Shown here: positions 47,338-57,003 of the stretch, piece by piece
How positions within the stretch are numbered: the first letter of the stretch is position 1
Layout: each line of letters opens with the position of its first letter
Assembly: GCA_043823065.1 (NCBI GenBank)
Contig: JBDRBB010000008.1
Coordinates: 224,001-288,000, forward strand
Length of the DNA stretch: 64,000 bases
Direction: 5' to 3'
Origin: Pseudomonadota bacterium
GTDB lineage: Bacteria; UBA10199; 2-02-FULL-44-16; DYJF01
Program-made: the position numbers and the translations under genes
The notes under the pieces: model-generated
The model's input: only the letters and a program-made list of their open reading frames with translations
Told to the model about the DNA's origin: nothing
Database searches by the model: none

Positions 47338-49449
47338 CTACAGTTTTTCTAAGGAAATGCCAACCGAAAATTTTGTAAGATTTGACCAACTTAAGATGAT
47401 TTTGGAACCTTGATATAAATGATCAAAGCCTTTTTCTGATTGGGAAACGGTCTCAATAGGCCAGAAAGTGCAAAAACAAGCTGGTTCGGCATTTAAGGCC
47501 ACTTTGAAACCAAAGGCTTCGTCAATTAAATTCAAATCAGTTAAATCATTTAGTTTTTTATTAGCATCCAACATAACTTTTTTGGAATTAGGTTCCATGT
47601 TTTTCCATTGGTAATATCTTTGCTCATTATGTCCTGCTAAAAGAGACATGTTAAGCTCAGTGGCAAACACAAAGTTCGGTTGCTCTTGCTTTTCAAATTC
47701 CAAAAGATAATTAACCACCATGGAGTTTGGAGCAACTATGTTAAATTCCTTGGTCAAATAAACTGCTTGTTCATGATCCAGATTGCTCTGGGCTTTTAAG
47801 ATTATTTCCGCTTTTTTGCCCAGGTTTTTATGATTCACTATTTGGAATTTTTTCTTGCCAAAATCAGCTAAAGGTTCTTGCAGGTTTTTTTGCACTTCTT
47901 TCCAATCTAGATCAGCAGGAAAGATATGGTCTATTAAAGAAAAGGAAGGATATTTATCATAAATTAATTCGCCAATTTTCTGAATGTCTTTTTTAATTTC
48001 ATGGATAGAAGGAATATTGCCATTGCCTTGCTCGCTCTTTTTTTGAGCATCTGCTGGGTGATGATATGCTTCAAAACGACGCGCCAAGGTATTTTGCACG
48101 TTAAAATTAGCAGGACGATAGGATAGTTCAGAAATAGAGCCGCCGTTATTAGGAAAGATCATGGCTTGCATAACCGGGGTGCGAATAATTATTTCATCAG
48201 TATGGTCAAAATTAAGATCTGTTAGTTCTACATCAAGATAATTTTGTTCTGGTCGCAAGTAAGCATCAATTATATTTTCAGCTTTAATCAGGTTTTCATA
48301 AATTCCATGTCGCAAATGACTTAAATATAGGCCACCAAATAGTCCGTGCCAATAAGCGCAATTGCATTGGCCTTGATAAAGCGCTTGGCGAGCAGCTGGC
48401 AATTTATGGCCCTTGGCTTCTGCTTCATCTAAACGATTGGATACATAAAGCATTTTTTTATGCATCAGGTTGCTTTCCGGATATTTGGAAAGAAAATTGT
48501 CAAAAAATCCACCACGCAAAAAAGGAGCTGCTAATTCCCACATGCCGCTTTTTTTAAGAATCTCTTGGGCTTGTTGAAAGCGAAAGATGGCATCTGCTGG
48601 CATGGCCCATTCCAGCATTTCGCGGTAGGAAGCAGTTGGCAGATAAATGGTTTTTTCTGGAGGACGCTCAGCCATGAATTCGGAAAAAGTGGTAGTTTTA
48701 ATCCGATCCTGGTTATCAGTTAAAGCTGAAAAAAAGTTTTCCAGCCAGCCTTTTTTGATTACCCACTCATGGGTGCCTGGCCAAACTCCAAACTTTTCAC
48801 CATCATCGCCATAGGTAATGCCCACATTAGGAGCAGCTTCAGCTAAAGATAAGAGATGGCCAACAACTTCTTCCACAGGTTTAAATGGAATTAGATAGCG
48901 CAATCTTTGGTCGCTGGGAAAGATGGCTACAGTTTTGCCAGCTCTTTCTGTGAGATAATAATTAAGCAGGGTAGGATCTGTTAAGCCAGCATGGCGAAAA
49001 TGTTCATCATCTAAAATTGTATAAGCTAGGCCAGCATCATAAATTACCGAGGCCAGAGAAGGTTCCCAAACGCGTTCAGCCAGCCACATACCTTTGGGAG
49101 TTACTTGGGCCTGTTTTTGCCAAAACTTTTGCATCATTTGAATTTGGCCCAGGGCATCTGTTGTTTTTAAGATGGGTAGAATAGGTTCATAATAACCGCC
49201 ACCCATGATTTCAATTTGCCCGCGAGTGACTAGCCTGACCAGAGTTGGCAGATAATCATTTTCATGAGCTAAAGCCCAATCTAGAAGTGGACCTGAATGA
49301 TGCAAAGAAATTTTTATGGCTGGATATTTTTCTAAAATGTTCAAAAAAGGCCAATAGCATTTTTGAAACGCTTCGCTAAATACCTGGCCAAAATTACCTA
49401 CTGGTTGATGATGATGAATTCCTAATAGTAGGTTAACAGTTTTAGACAT
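47338..49449 (-). CDS. GH57 alpha-amylase / 4-alpha-glucanotransferase
   Basis: HHHQPVGN, WLAERVWEP, DDGEKFGVWP and AYWHGLFGGLY. Confidence 0.9.
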   Translation of the reverse strand: MSKTVNLLLGIHHHQPVGNFGQVFSEAFQKCYWPFLNILEKYPAIKISLHHSGPLLDWALAHENDYLPTLVRLVTRGQIEIMGGGYYEPILPILKTTDALGQIQMMQKFWQKQAQVTPKGMWLAERVWEPSLASVIYDAGLAYTILDDEHFRHAGLTDPTLLNYYLTERAGKTVAIFPSDQRLRYLIPFKPVEEVVGHLLSLAEAAPNVGITYGDDGEKFGVWPGTHEWVIKKGWLENFFSALTDNQDRIKTTTFSEFMAERPPEKTIYLPTASYREMLEWAMPADAIFRFQQAQEILKKSGMWELAAPFLRGGFFDNFLSKYPESNLMHKKMLYVSNRLDEAEAKGHKLPAARQALYQGQCNCAYWHGLFGGLYLSHLRHGIYENLIKAENIIDAYLRPEQNYLDVELTDLNFDHTDEIIIRTPVMQAMIFPNNGGSISELSYRPANFNVQNTLARRFEAYHHPADAQKKSEQGNGNIPSIHEIKKDIQKIGELIYDKYPSFSLIDHIFPADLDWKEVQKNLQEPLADFGKKKFQIVNHKNLGKKAEIILKAQSNLDHEQAVYLTKEFNIVAPNSMVVNYLLEFEKQEQPNFVFATELNMSLLAGHNEQRYYQWKNMEPNSKKVMLDANKKLNDLTDLNLIDEAFGFKVALNAEPACFCTFWPIETVSQSEKGFDHLYQGSKIILSWSNLTKFSVGISLEKL

Positions 49450-49463
49450 AAGGTCCTCTTAAG

Positions 49464-50693
49464 CTATTCTAGCTTGGCGTCTTTGGGAATTACAACTATG
49501 CCTTCTGGAGAAACAGTGAACCGTTTTTTATCCTTTTCTAAATCATAACCAATTTCCATCTTTGGCGGAATTGTAACATTTTTATCAATAATTGCCCTTC
49601 TAATCTTGGCATACCGTCCAACATTTACATTATCAAATAGAATAGATTCTTCTACCTCAGCAAAGCTGTTGATGCGCACGCGTGGTGAAAGCACAGATCT
49701 TTGAATTCTGCCGCCGCTGATAATAACGCCATCGCACACCATAGAATCTGTAGCCATACCAATTCTTTTGGAAGTTTCATCTGCAAATACAAATTTTGCT
49801 GGCGGATGGGTTTCCCGGGCAGTATGAATGGGCCAGTCATAATTATATAAATTAAAAACCGGGGAAACTGAAACTAAATCAAGCGAAGACTGCCAGTATT
49901 GATCAATGCTACCTACATCGCGCCAATATCCTTTTTCTTTTTCTGTAATGCCAGGTATTTTGTTTGTATCTAAATTATAAACCATTACCTTGGTTTGTTT
50001 ATAAATGGCTGGAATAATGTTCTTGCCAAAATCATGTTTGGAATCTTTGTTTTGGGCATCAGCCAGAATAGCTTGTTTAAGGATGCTGGTTTTAAAAACA
50101 TAAATACCAGCAGAGCAATAGGCATAATCTGGGTTGCCTGGCATGGCTGGTGGCTGGTTGGGTTTTTCCTGAAAATCAATCATTCTGGAGTTTTCATCTG
50201 CAGCAATAACGCCAAAATTAGAGGCAATGGCTAAGGGTTGGGGGGTGGCGGCAATAGTAACATCAGCAGCATTGTTATCATGAAATTTTAGTAGCTGACG
50301 CATATCCATGCGATAGATTTGATCGCCACTTAAGATCAATACCGGATCAGCTTTGGCGTTTTCAATATGATGCAAATTTTGATAAACCGCGTCAGCGCTT
50401 CCTTTATACCAAGAACCGCCAGTGCGCATTTGCGCCGGCACAGCATCTATGAATTGATCTAGGATTACCGGCAAGTACCATCCTTGTTTTAGGTGGCGCA
50501 GTAGGGAATCAGCTTTGAATTGAGTTAACACTTTTATTTTAAGTAGGCCGGAATTTACCAGATTGGATAAGACAAAATCAATAATACGATAATGACCACC
50601 AAATGGAACAGCTGGTTTGGTGCGCTCATTAGTTAAGGGTCGCAGGCGTTCCCCTTGACCGCCAGCCAAGACTATAGAGATTGGATTGGGCAT
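49464..50693 (-). CDS. glgC: Glucose-1-phosphate adenylyltransferase
   Basis: LAGGQGERL.PLT..RTKPAVPFGG.YRIIDF, GSADAVYQN, FQEKP and YWRDVG. Confidence 0.95.
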   Translation of the reverse strand: MPNPISIVLAGGQGERLRPLTNERTKPAVPFGGHYRIIDFVLSNLVNSGLLKIKVLTQFKADSLLRHLKQGWYLPVILDQFIDAVPAQMRTGGSWYKGSADAVYQNLHHIENAKADPVLILSGDQIYRMDMRQLLKFHDNNAADVTIAATPQPLAIASNFGVIAADENSRMIDFQEKPNQPPAMPGNPDYAYCSAGIYVFKTSILKQAILADAQNKDSKHDFGKNIIPAIYKQTKVMVYNLDTNKIPGITEKEKGYWRDVGSIDQYWQSSLDLVSVSPVFNLYNYDWPIHTARETHPPAKFVFADETSKRIGMATDSMVCDGVIISGGRIQRSVLSPRVRINSFAEVEESILFDNVNVGRYAKIRRAIIDKNVTIPPKMEIGYDLEKDKKRFTVSPEGIVVIPKDAKLE

Positions 50694-50809
50694 AACTTAT
50701 TAAAATATTTGTTCTTTTAAGCAGACAAGTAGTGGATATAATAAATAACTTCAGATGGCAACAGCTAATCATTAACCAGTTATTTTTATTGATAAAACCT
50801 CAAAAAAGT

Positions 50810-50838
50810 GCACAACTTTTTAAAATATATGCCGATAA
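50810..50838 (+). promoter_or_regulatory. Putative sigma-28/FliA-type promoter
   Basis: GCACAAC-N14-GCCGATAA, about 110 nt upstream of ATG 50946. Confidence 0.6.
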
Positions 50839-50851
50839 GTTTAGGTGATTT

Positions 50852-50922
50852 TTCTCGACAAGCTCGAAGAATAAAAATGATCTAGAAGAATAAAAATGAT
50901 ATTGTTCGAGCTTAGTCGAGAA
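50852..50922. repeat. REP-like inverted doublet (family 1 variant) enclosing a 16 bp direct repeat
   Basis: TTCTCGACAAGCTCGAA ... TTCGAGCTTAGTCGAGAA with GAAGAATAAAAATGAT twice (50866-50881, 50885-50900). Confidence 0.7.
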
Positions 50923-50945
50923 CATTATTATAAAAGGGGAAATTT

Positions 50946-52466
50946 ATGCGTTATTTATTAATTGGAGCAGTAATTGGCATCTCAGTTCTCATTGAAGCCT
51001 GTGGTCCTAACAATGACCAGGATGGTGGCGGCCCAGTTGATGGTGATGGCGATGTGGATGCTGATAGTGATGTAGATGCTGATAGCGATGCTGATGGGGA
51101 TTATGATGGCGATGCTGATGGCGTCGTAACCGACACTCGTTGCCGAGATTTTAGCTCAAGGGCTCGCATTTTAGCTGATCTGCCTTCTGGTTGTATGCCT
51201 CGTGATATTGATGTGTATAATAATGATGCCTATGTTTTGTGTGATTATGAAGCACGTGCCAATCATGATGAAATTCTTAGATGTCCTATTCAAGAAGATA
51301 GAAGTGAATGCACACGAGTTATCGATTTAGGAGAAGGGCAGTTTAACTTAAGCGCTGGTGGGGAAACCCTAGATAATGTAGCAAGGCATCCAACTAGTAT
51401 GACTATATTTAATCAAGGTGCTGTGGATGGGGCCATGGTTTTGGTTAATTATTTTACAGAAGATGAAATTAGTTTGGAGCGAGAAGATGTCACTTATTTA
51501 TATAGAGATCAAATGGCGACCTATAATATGGCAGGCGAAAGATTATCTTCTCATCCAGTAGTAACACCAGCCATAGGCAGCGGAAGCAGCCCAATTCCAA
51601 TCTTTTTCAGACAACCAATGTCAGCTTTGTTTTTAGATGGGACCACCTTTGTTGTTCCTTTTAGAAATTTGAGTGGCGAAGAATATGAGCGAGGAATGCT
51701 TAGAATTTATGCTATGGAGACTATTGGGGATACAGAAGTGTTGGATGGTAATTTTGATCCAGATGGTATTACAGATTTAACTACCCTTAATTTTTTTACC
51801 GGCGGAGTAAATGTAACAAGTCTAGGCAGGGCAGGAGACAGGCTTGTTGTTTTGAATAGCAGTTCTGCAGAATCTGCTGAATTAGCTGGTGTGGCTGAGG
51901 CTTTGCGTTCGCCAAGTTTGGCCATCTTTGACGCTGAAACGCCGGAAAATATTTCATTTGTGGAAACAATAGAAATCACATCTTCTGGTCAATTATTAGC
52001 TCAAGATCAAATGCCAATCAGCCAAGATGGAAGTTTTGTCCTAGCTGGTTTGCAGACATATTCATCAGATATGAATCCTGAAGTTTATCAGGTGTTTTTA
52101 AATAGTGGAATAGTTGAATCTTTTGAAGCGCCGGTTGTAGGTGAAAATATTCATTTTACCTCAATTGTCTTGTCTGAAATAAGAGCTGATGGTTCTAGGA
52201 TAATTGCTTCCATGACTGATGGTTATGTTTATGCTTTCTGGGCAGACACGCGCGAGCAAGCAGGTGCAAGCGTGTTTGTTGGCGAAAATCCAAATCTTTC
52301 TGATCTAACTTCAGATGGAAGAAGCTTTATTGTTGGGGCCCAAAATACTTGTAGAGATGGCGAAGTAAGCGGTAGCCCAGCTTTAATTCAAGTTGATGTT
52401 GCTGGATTTGTAGAAGCTGAAGAAGAACCAGATGCCGGCCCAGACGCCAGCCCAGATGCTGGGTAA
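50946..52466 (+). CDS. Acidic surface lipoprotein with DxDxD linker and probable beta-propeller
   Basis: Lipobox-like LIEAC, DGDGDVDADSDVDADSDADGD tract, Cys pairs, beta-rich body, C-terminal PDAG repeats. Confidence 0.65.
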   Translation: MRYLLIGAVIGISVLIEACGPNNDQDGGGPVDGDGDVDADSDVDADSDADGDYDGDADGVVTDTRCRDFSSRARILADLPSGCMPRDIDVYNNDAYVLCDYEARANHDEILRCPIQEDRSECTRVIDLGEGQFNLSAGGETLDNVARHPTSMTIFNQGAVDGAMVLVNYFTEDEISLEREDVTYLYRDQMATYNMAGERLSSHPVVTPAIGSGSSPIPIFFRQPMSALFLDGTTFVVPFRNLSGEEYERGMLRIYAMETIGDTEVLDGNFDPDGITDLTTLNFFTGGVNVTSLGRAGDRLVVLNSSSAESAELAGVAEALRSPSLAIFDAETPENISFVETIEITSSGQLLAQDQMPISQDGSFVLAGLQTYSSDMNPEVYQVFLNSGIVESFEAPVVGENIHFTSIVLSEIRADGSRIIASMTDGYVYAFWADTREQAGASVFVGENPNLSDLTSDGRSFIVGAQNTCRDGEVSGSPALIQVDVAGFVEAEEEPDAGPDASPDAG

Positions 52467-52471
52467 TTTGC

Positions 52472-52606
52472 AAATACTAAATCCTAATATCTAAACTCTA
52501 AACAATTTCTAATTTCAAAATTTAAATGTTCAAAACAAATGTTTTAGGTCATTTGAACATTGGGATTTTGGATTTGTTTAGGATTTAGAATTTAGTATTT
52601 AGGATT
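52472..52606. repeat. AT-rich heptad-periodic imperfect inverted repeat (family 4)
   Basis: AAATACT/AAATCCT/AATATCT/AAACTCT units mirrored by GGATTTA/GAATTTA/GTATTTA; similar element at 61173..61434; both lie between convergent genes. Confidence 0.7.
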
Positions 52607-53784
52607 TAACTATTTTCAATGAATTTCTTAATCCTATCTATGCCTTTATTGATTTGTTCCCTTGAAGTGGCGAAACTTAAACGGATATTTTCATCGCAGC
52701 CAAAGTCCAAACCAGGTACGCAGGCCACTTGGGCTTTTTCCAAAAGTAGTTGGCAAAATTCCACACTTCCAGAAACCTTTAGTTTAGCATAACAAGCAGA
52801 AACTTTGGGAAACGCATAAAAAGCGCCAGTTAGTTTTTGGCACTCAAAACCAGGGATTTCATTTAAACGTTCATAAATTAGATGAGCGCGCTTATTAAAT
52901 TCTTCACGCATTTTTTTCACTTCAGCTTGCCCATTTTGCAAAGCAGAAATTGCAGCTAGTTGATTAAAAGTTGCTGTGCCTGAAGTCATGTGAGATTGCA
53001 GCCGGCTGACTGCTTTGGCAAGTTCCAAAGGTGCGGCTAAATAACCAATTCTCCAGCCCGTCATGGAATAGGCTTTGCTTAATCCATTTATCGTGATGGT
53101 GCGTTCATAAAGTTCAGGGCAAACTGCGGCAAAACTTGCAAAATGTTGATCATTAAAAACCAGATATTCATAAATTTCATCAGAGATAACAGCTGCCTGG
53201 AAATCAGCAATAACTTTGCCCAACGTTGCTAATTCTTCTGGGGTGTAACAAAATCCACCTGGATTGTTTGGTGAATTAATGATGATTGCTTTGGTCTTAG
53301 AAGTGAGCTGCTTTTTTAATGTTGCTGCAGTGAGTTTATAGCAATTCTCTGGGCTAGAGTCTGCAAATTTGGGCACGCCTCCAACCAACTTTACCATTTC
53401 TGGATAACTAACCCAATATGGTTTAGGAATTAATACTTCATCTCCTGGATCTATTAAAGCATGTAGAGCCAGATATACAGCATGTTTGGCGCCGCAAGTA
53501 ACTACAACTTGTTTAGGGCTATAATCTAAATTATTTTCAGTTTTTAATTTGCGGGCAATTTCCTGGCGTAAATCCATGACGCCAGCAGCAGGTGCATATT
53601 TAGTGGCTCCATTATCCAAGGCCTGTTTGGCTGCAGCTTTGATAAAATCTGGAGTGTCAAAATCAGGCTCACCTGCGCCAAAACTGATGATATCTATTCC
53701 TTGAGCTTTTAGTTCTTTGGCGCGATCGGTAACTGCTAAAGTCACTGATTCATTTACTGTTTCTGCTACTTTACTTAGTTCCAT
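52606..53784 (-). CDS. aspC: PLP-dependent class I aminotransferase (aspartate aminotransferase type)
   Basis: GAGEPDFDTP, NSPNNP, SDEIYE and SKAYSMTGWRIGY. Start at ATG 53784 after a G-rich RBS. Confidence 0.85.
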   Translation of the reverse strand: MELSKVAETVNESVTLAVTDRAKELKAQGIDIISFGAGEPDFDTPDFIKAAAKQALDNGATKYAPAAGVMDLRQEIARKLKTENNLDYSPKQVVVTCGAKHAVYLALHALIDPGDEVLIPKPYWVSYPEMVKLVGGVPKFADSSPENCYKLTAATLKKQLTSKTKAIIINSPNNPGGFCYTPEELATLGKVIADFQAAVISDEIYEYLVFNDQHFASFAAVCPELYERTITINGLSKAYSMTGWRIGYLAAPLELAKAVSRLQSHMTSGTATFNQLAAISALQNGQAEVKKMREEFNKRAHLIYERLNEIPGFECQKLTGAFYAFPKVSACYAKLKVSGSVEFCQLLLEKAQVACVPGLDFGCDENIRLSFATSREQINKGIDRIKKFIENS

Positions 53785-53846
53785 GTGTAGCCCCCCCTTA
53801 TTCAAGATGCACATTGAACATATCAAATTTCTATATTCAAGCATTT

Positions 53847-54098
53847 AATTTTAAAGTTCCCATTCTGCAAATCATTTAAGTTGCTCCCAGGAAGTGTTTT
53901 TTGGCTTACGGCGAATTTCTTCACACGCCAGAAATTCGCCTGCCCTGCGACGTCGCTCTTTAGGCTTAGAAAGCGACTTACGCAGAGGCCGCCAAACCAC
54001 TAACTCGCGCATTTAAAAACAGCGCTATTTTAACGATGAATAGCCCGGTTTCGTGCGCCTGCTTTGAAGACCTTTTCCCCGAAAGGGAATTTTAAATT
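53847..54098. other. About 250 nt structured intergenic element (MITE-like or ncRNA)
   Basis: Imperfect terminal inverted repeats plus internal GC-rich hairpins in a multibranch arrangement. Confidence 0.5.
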
Positions 54099-54150
54099 GA
54101 GAGAAATGGTGTGCTTGACAATGAATGAATTTTTAAGGTAGCTAGGGCGC

Positions 54151-55032
54151 ATGTCGATTACGATTAAAGCCCCAGCTAAGGTTAATTTGGTTTTGCGTGT
54201 TTTAGGTCAAAGGCCAAATGGTTATCATGATTTGTATATGATCATGGAAAGATTGTCTTTGGCTGATGAAATTACTTTAACTGATATTCCTTCAGGAATT
54301 GAACTTGAATTAGCCGGTCAGCCAGCAGATCCTGGTATGATCGCCGAAAACAACCTGGCTTACAGAGCTGCTAAAGCTTTTATAAAGGTTACAGATGAGC
54401 AAAGAGGGGTAAGAATTCAGCTGAACAAGCAAATTCCAGTTGCTGCTGGTCTGGGTGGTGGTAGCAGTGATGCAGCAGCTGTGCTTAAGGGATTAAATCA
54501 GCTCTGGCAAAAACATTTAACTCCTTATGATCTTGCAGCAATTGGGGTTAATTTAGGCGCTGATGTGCCTTTTTTCTGTTTTGAAAGCCCGGCCATAGCC
54601 CAGGGAATTGGGGAGAAAATCACAATTTTGCCTAAACTACCAAAATTACACTTTTTATTGATTAATCCTAGTGTTGCGGTTTCCACACCTTGGGTTTATC
54701 AGCAATATGATCAGTTGTTCTTAAAAGGCGCTAAATTTCAGGATTTGGAATTGACAGCGAAAACCAAAGATGCTAGTTTTCGCCCGCTTTTTACGGAATA
54801 TCAGGATGTGGTAAGAGCTCTAGATAATGATTTGGAAATGGTCACGATTAGGGCTTATCCTGAAATTTTGGAAATTAAAGAGTTTTTATTAAGTAAAGGG
54901 GCAGCTGGTGCTCTTATGTCAGGGAGTGGCCCCACGGTTTTTGGCATATTTGAAGATCCAGAAACCAGAAATAGAGCGCTGGAAGTTATTCCAAGATCAA
55001 GCTGGCAAGTTTACACCGCTGAAAATATGTAA
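54151..55032 (+). CDS. ispE: 4-diphosphocytidyl-2-C-methyl-D-erythritol kinase
   Basis: APAKVNL, IPVAAGLGGGSSDAA, GADVPFF, NDLE and MSGSGPTVF. Confidence 0.95.
   Translation: MSITIKAPAKVNLVLRVLGQRPNGYHDLYMIMERLSLADEITLTDIPSGIELELAGQPADPGMIAENNLAYRAAKAFIKVTDEQRGVRIQLNKQIPVAAGLGGGSSDAAAVLKGLNQLWQKHLTPYDLAAIGVNLGADVPFFCFESPAIAQGIGEKITILPKLPKLHFLLINPSVAVSTPWVYQQYDQLFLKGAKFQDLELTAKTKDASFRPLFTEYQDVVRALDNDLEMVTIRAYPEILEIKEFLLSKGAAGALMSGSGPTVFGIFEDPETRNRALEVIPRSSWQVYTAENM
54751..54779 (+). promoter_or_regulatory. Putative sigma-70 promoter inside ispE driving tRNA-Gln
   Basis: TTGACA-17 bp-TAGTTT with an extended TGn element. Confidence 0.5.
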
Positions 55033-55038
55033 AATTCT

Positions 55039-55110
55039 TGGGGCGTCGACAAGCGGTAAGTCACTGGATTTTGATTCCAGCATCCGGAGGTTCGAATCCT
55101 CCCGCCCCAG
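55039..55110 (+). tRNA. tRNA-Gln (anticodon TTG); CCA not encoded
   Basis: Acceptor TGGGGCG/CGCCCCA, D arm GAC-AAGCGGTAA-GTC, anticodon arm CTGGA-TTTTGAT-TCCAG, T arm GGAGG-TTCGAAT-CCTCC. Confidence 0.96.
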
Positions 55111-55203
55111 CAAAAATATTGTGGGTTCCGCTTTTTAGCGGATACTGATTTTTATCAGTAACCATGTCCACCTAATTAATTATTGGTGAACGGACTTTTA
55201 AGG

Positions 55204-55241
55204 TGCCTGCTTAATTTCTATTTGGCAGGCATTTTTATTTT
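55204..55241 (+). terminator. Putative intrinsic terminator between tRNA-Gln and prs
   Basis: TGCCTGC...GCAGGCA stem followed by TTTTTATTTT. Confidence 0.6.
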
Positions 55242-55255
55242 ACAAAGGAGATCAA

Positions 55256-56206
55256 GTGGCAATTTATAATGATGAATTAAAACTTTTTTGCGGCAACGCC
55301 AATAAAATTTTAGCTGAACAAATTGCCAAAGCGCTTGATATAAAACTTTCTCAAAGCAAGGTCAGTAGTTTTTCTGATGGTGAAACTTGGGTGGAAATAA
55401 CAGACAACGTTCGTGGAGACGATATTTTTATCATCCAGTCAACATGCGCTCCAGCTAATGAGCATATCATGGAGCTTTTAATCATGATTGATGCCATGAA
55501 AAGAGCTTCAGCAGGTCGTATTACCGCAGTTATTCCTTATTATGGTTATGCCAGGCAAGATCGAAAAGTGCTACCCAGAACGCCAATCAGTTCTAAATTA
55601 ATTGCTGATCTTTTAACTTCTGCTGGCGCTAGCCGCGTGCTGACCATGGATTTGCATGCTGGCCAGATTCAAGGTTTTTTTAATATTCCTGTGGATCACC
55701 TTTATGCCAAACCAGTATTAATTGAATATGCTAAAAAAGAGTTTAATAATCATTTAGTGGTTGTTTCTCCAGATGCTGGCGGTGCTGAGCGTGCTCGCGA
55801 ATTTGCCAAACTGTTGCAAAGTCCCATGGCCATGATTGATAAGCGTCGTTCTAAACCAAATGAAAGTGAAGTAATGCACGTGATTGGCGATGTTAAAGAT
55901 CGCAAGGCCATTATTATTGATGATATGATTGATACAGGCGGCACCATGATGAAGGCTGCTGATGCTTTAAAGCAAAGCGGAGCTAAGGCGGTATGCGCTT
56001 GTTGCACACACCCAGTGCTATCTGGAAAAGCAATTGAAAATTTAGAAAACTCTTGTTTGGAAGAGTTGATTGTAACTGACACCATTCCGCTTTCGGCAAA
56101 AGCGGCAAGTTGCAAAAAAATTAAAGTGTTAAGTGTTTCAAAACTTTTAGCTGAAGCAATTCGCCGAATTCATGCGGCAGATTCTGTTTCATCATTATTT
56201 CTATAA
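55256..56206 (+). CDS. prs: Ribose-phosphate pyrophosphokinase
   Basis: [33 protein letters not shown] and DDMIDTGGT. Confidence 0.97.
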   Translation: MAIYNDELKLFCGNANKILAEQIAKALDIKLSQSKVSSFSDGETWVEITDNVRGDDIFIIQSTCAPANEHIMELLIMIDAMKRASAGRITAVIPYYGYARQDRKVLPRTPISSKLIADLLTSAGASRVLTMDLHAGQIQGFFNIPVDHLYAKPVLIEYAKKEFNNHLVVVSPDAGGAERAREFAKLLQSPMAMIDKRRSKPNESEVMHVIGDVKDRKAIIIDDMIDTGGTMMKAADALKQSGAKAVCACCTHPVLSGKAIENLENSCLEELIVTDTIPLSAKAASCKKIKVLSVSKLLAEAIRRIHAADSVSSLFL

Positions 56207-56218
56207 AGGAGGTTTATT

Positions 56219-56935
56219 GTGCAGAGGATGAATTTAAAGGTTGAAAAAAGGGAAAATAAAACCAAAGGGGAGCTTCGGCAGTTTAGGTTGGCTGGAAAAG
56301 TTCCTGGCGTTCTTTACGGCAAAAAGCAAGATCCCATGCCAGTTTTAGTAACTGAAAGAGATCTTGATGTAATTGCTTCATCTCAAGCGGGTTTGAACAC
56401 CCTGTTGGATATTTCTTTTGGTGATGGAGAAACCACCATGGCTTTGATTCGTGATTATCAGGCGCATCCTATCCATCGTCGATTTACTCATGTGGATTTA
56501 CAGGCTATGGATGAAACTCAACGCATTGTTACTGAAGTTCCCATTGAGTTAAAGGGGCGCGCAATTGGTTTGGAACAAGGCGGTGTCTTGGAACAAATTT
56601 TGCGTTCAATTGAAGTTCGCTGCGTGGTTACCGCTATTCCTGAAAAATTAGAAGTTGATGTTTCAACCATGGAAATTGGTGATAATATTCATATTCAAGA
56701 TCTTAAGTTACCTGAGGGAGTGGAGTTAGCCAAAGAGATGGATTATACCGTTGCCACGTTAGTGCCGCCAACCAAGGAAGAAGAAGTGGCAGCCCCAGCT
56801 GAAGGTGCAGAAGGAGCAGTTGAAGGCGCAGCAGCCCCAGCTGAAGGTGCAGAAGGAGCAGCAAAACCAGCTAAAGCTGAAGGCGGTAAAGAAAAAGAAG
56901 GAGAGCCTAAAGCTAAGAGTAAAGGCAAAGAGTGA
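56219..56935 (+). CDS. rplY: 50S ribosomal protein L25/Ctc (long form)
   Basis: GKVPGVLYG, YQAHP..HVDL, GGVLEQ; Ala/Glu-rich tail. Confidence 0.93.
   Translation: MQRMNLKVEKRENKTKGELRQFRLAGKVPGVLYGKKQDPMPVLVTERDLDVIASSQAGLNTLLDISFGDGETTMALIRDYQAHPIHRRFTHVDLQAMDETQRIVTEVPIELKGRAIGLEQGGVLEQILRSIEVRCVVTAIPEKLEVDVSTMEIGDNIHIQDLKLPEGVELAKEMDYTVATLVPPTKEEEVAAPAEGAEGAVEGAAAPAEGAEGAAKPAKAEGGKEKEGEPKAKSKGKE
56789..56861 (+). repeat. 31 bp direct repeat in the rplY low-complexity tail
   Basis: GCAGCCCCAGCTGAAGGTGCAGAAGGAGCAG at 56789-56819 and 56831-56861. Confidence 0.85.
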
Positions 56936-56943
56936 TCGGAGGA

Positions 56944-56974
56944 TATCCTTCGACTTTGCTCAGGATGACTGGTT
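56944..56974. repeat. REP-like palindrome family 1
   Basis: Matches 28054..28084 except at four positions. Confidence 0.75.
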
Positions 56975-57003
56975 GTGCTTTTCGCCCAACCAGTCAAAAT
57001 ATA

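Noticed and set aside
52472..52606. Possible CRISPR array in the periodic AT-rich tracts (also 61345..61434)
   Set aside because: Periodicity is about 7 nt with an inverted arrangement; there are no 25-40 nt identical repeats with unique spacers and no cas genes.
54908..55138. 76 aa ORF
   Set aside because: Overlaps ispE and the tRNA-Gln gene; spurious.
55039..55255. Prophage or island integrated at tRNA-Gln
   Set aside because: No integrase, no duplicated tRNA 3' end noticed, and the core ispE-prs order is intact.
56932..57003. N-terminal extension of Pth (MIGGYPSTLLRMT...)
   Set aside because: It is a translation of the intergenic REP-like element; the canonical MKLIVGLGNPG start is at 57004. 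A coding role cannot be fully excluded.
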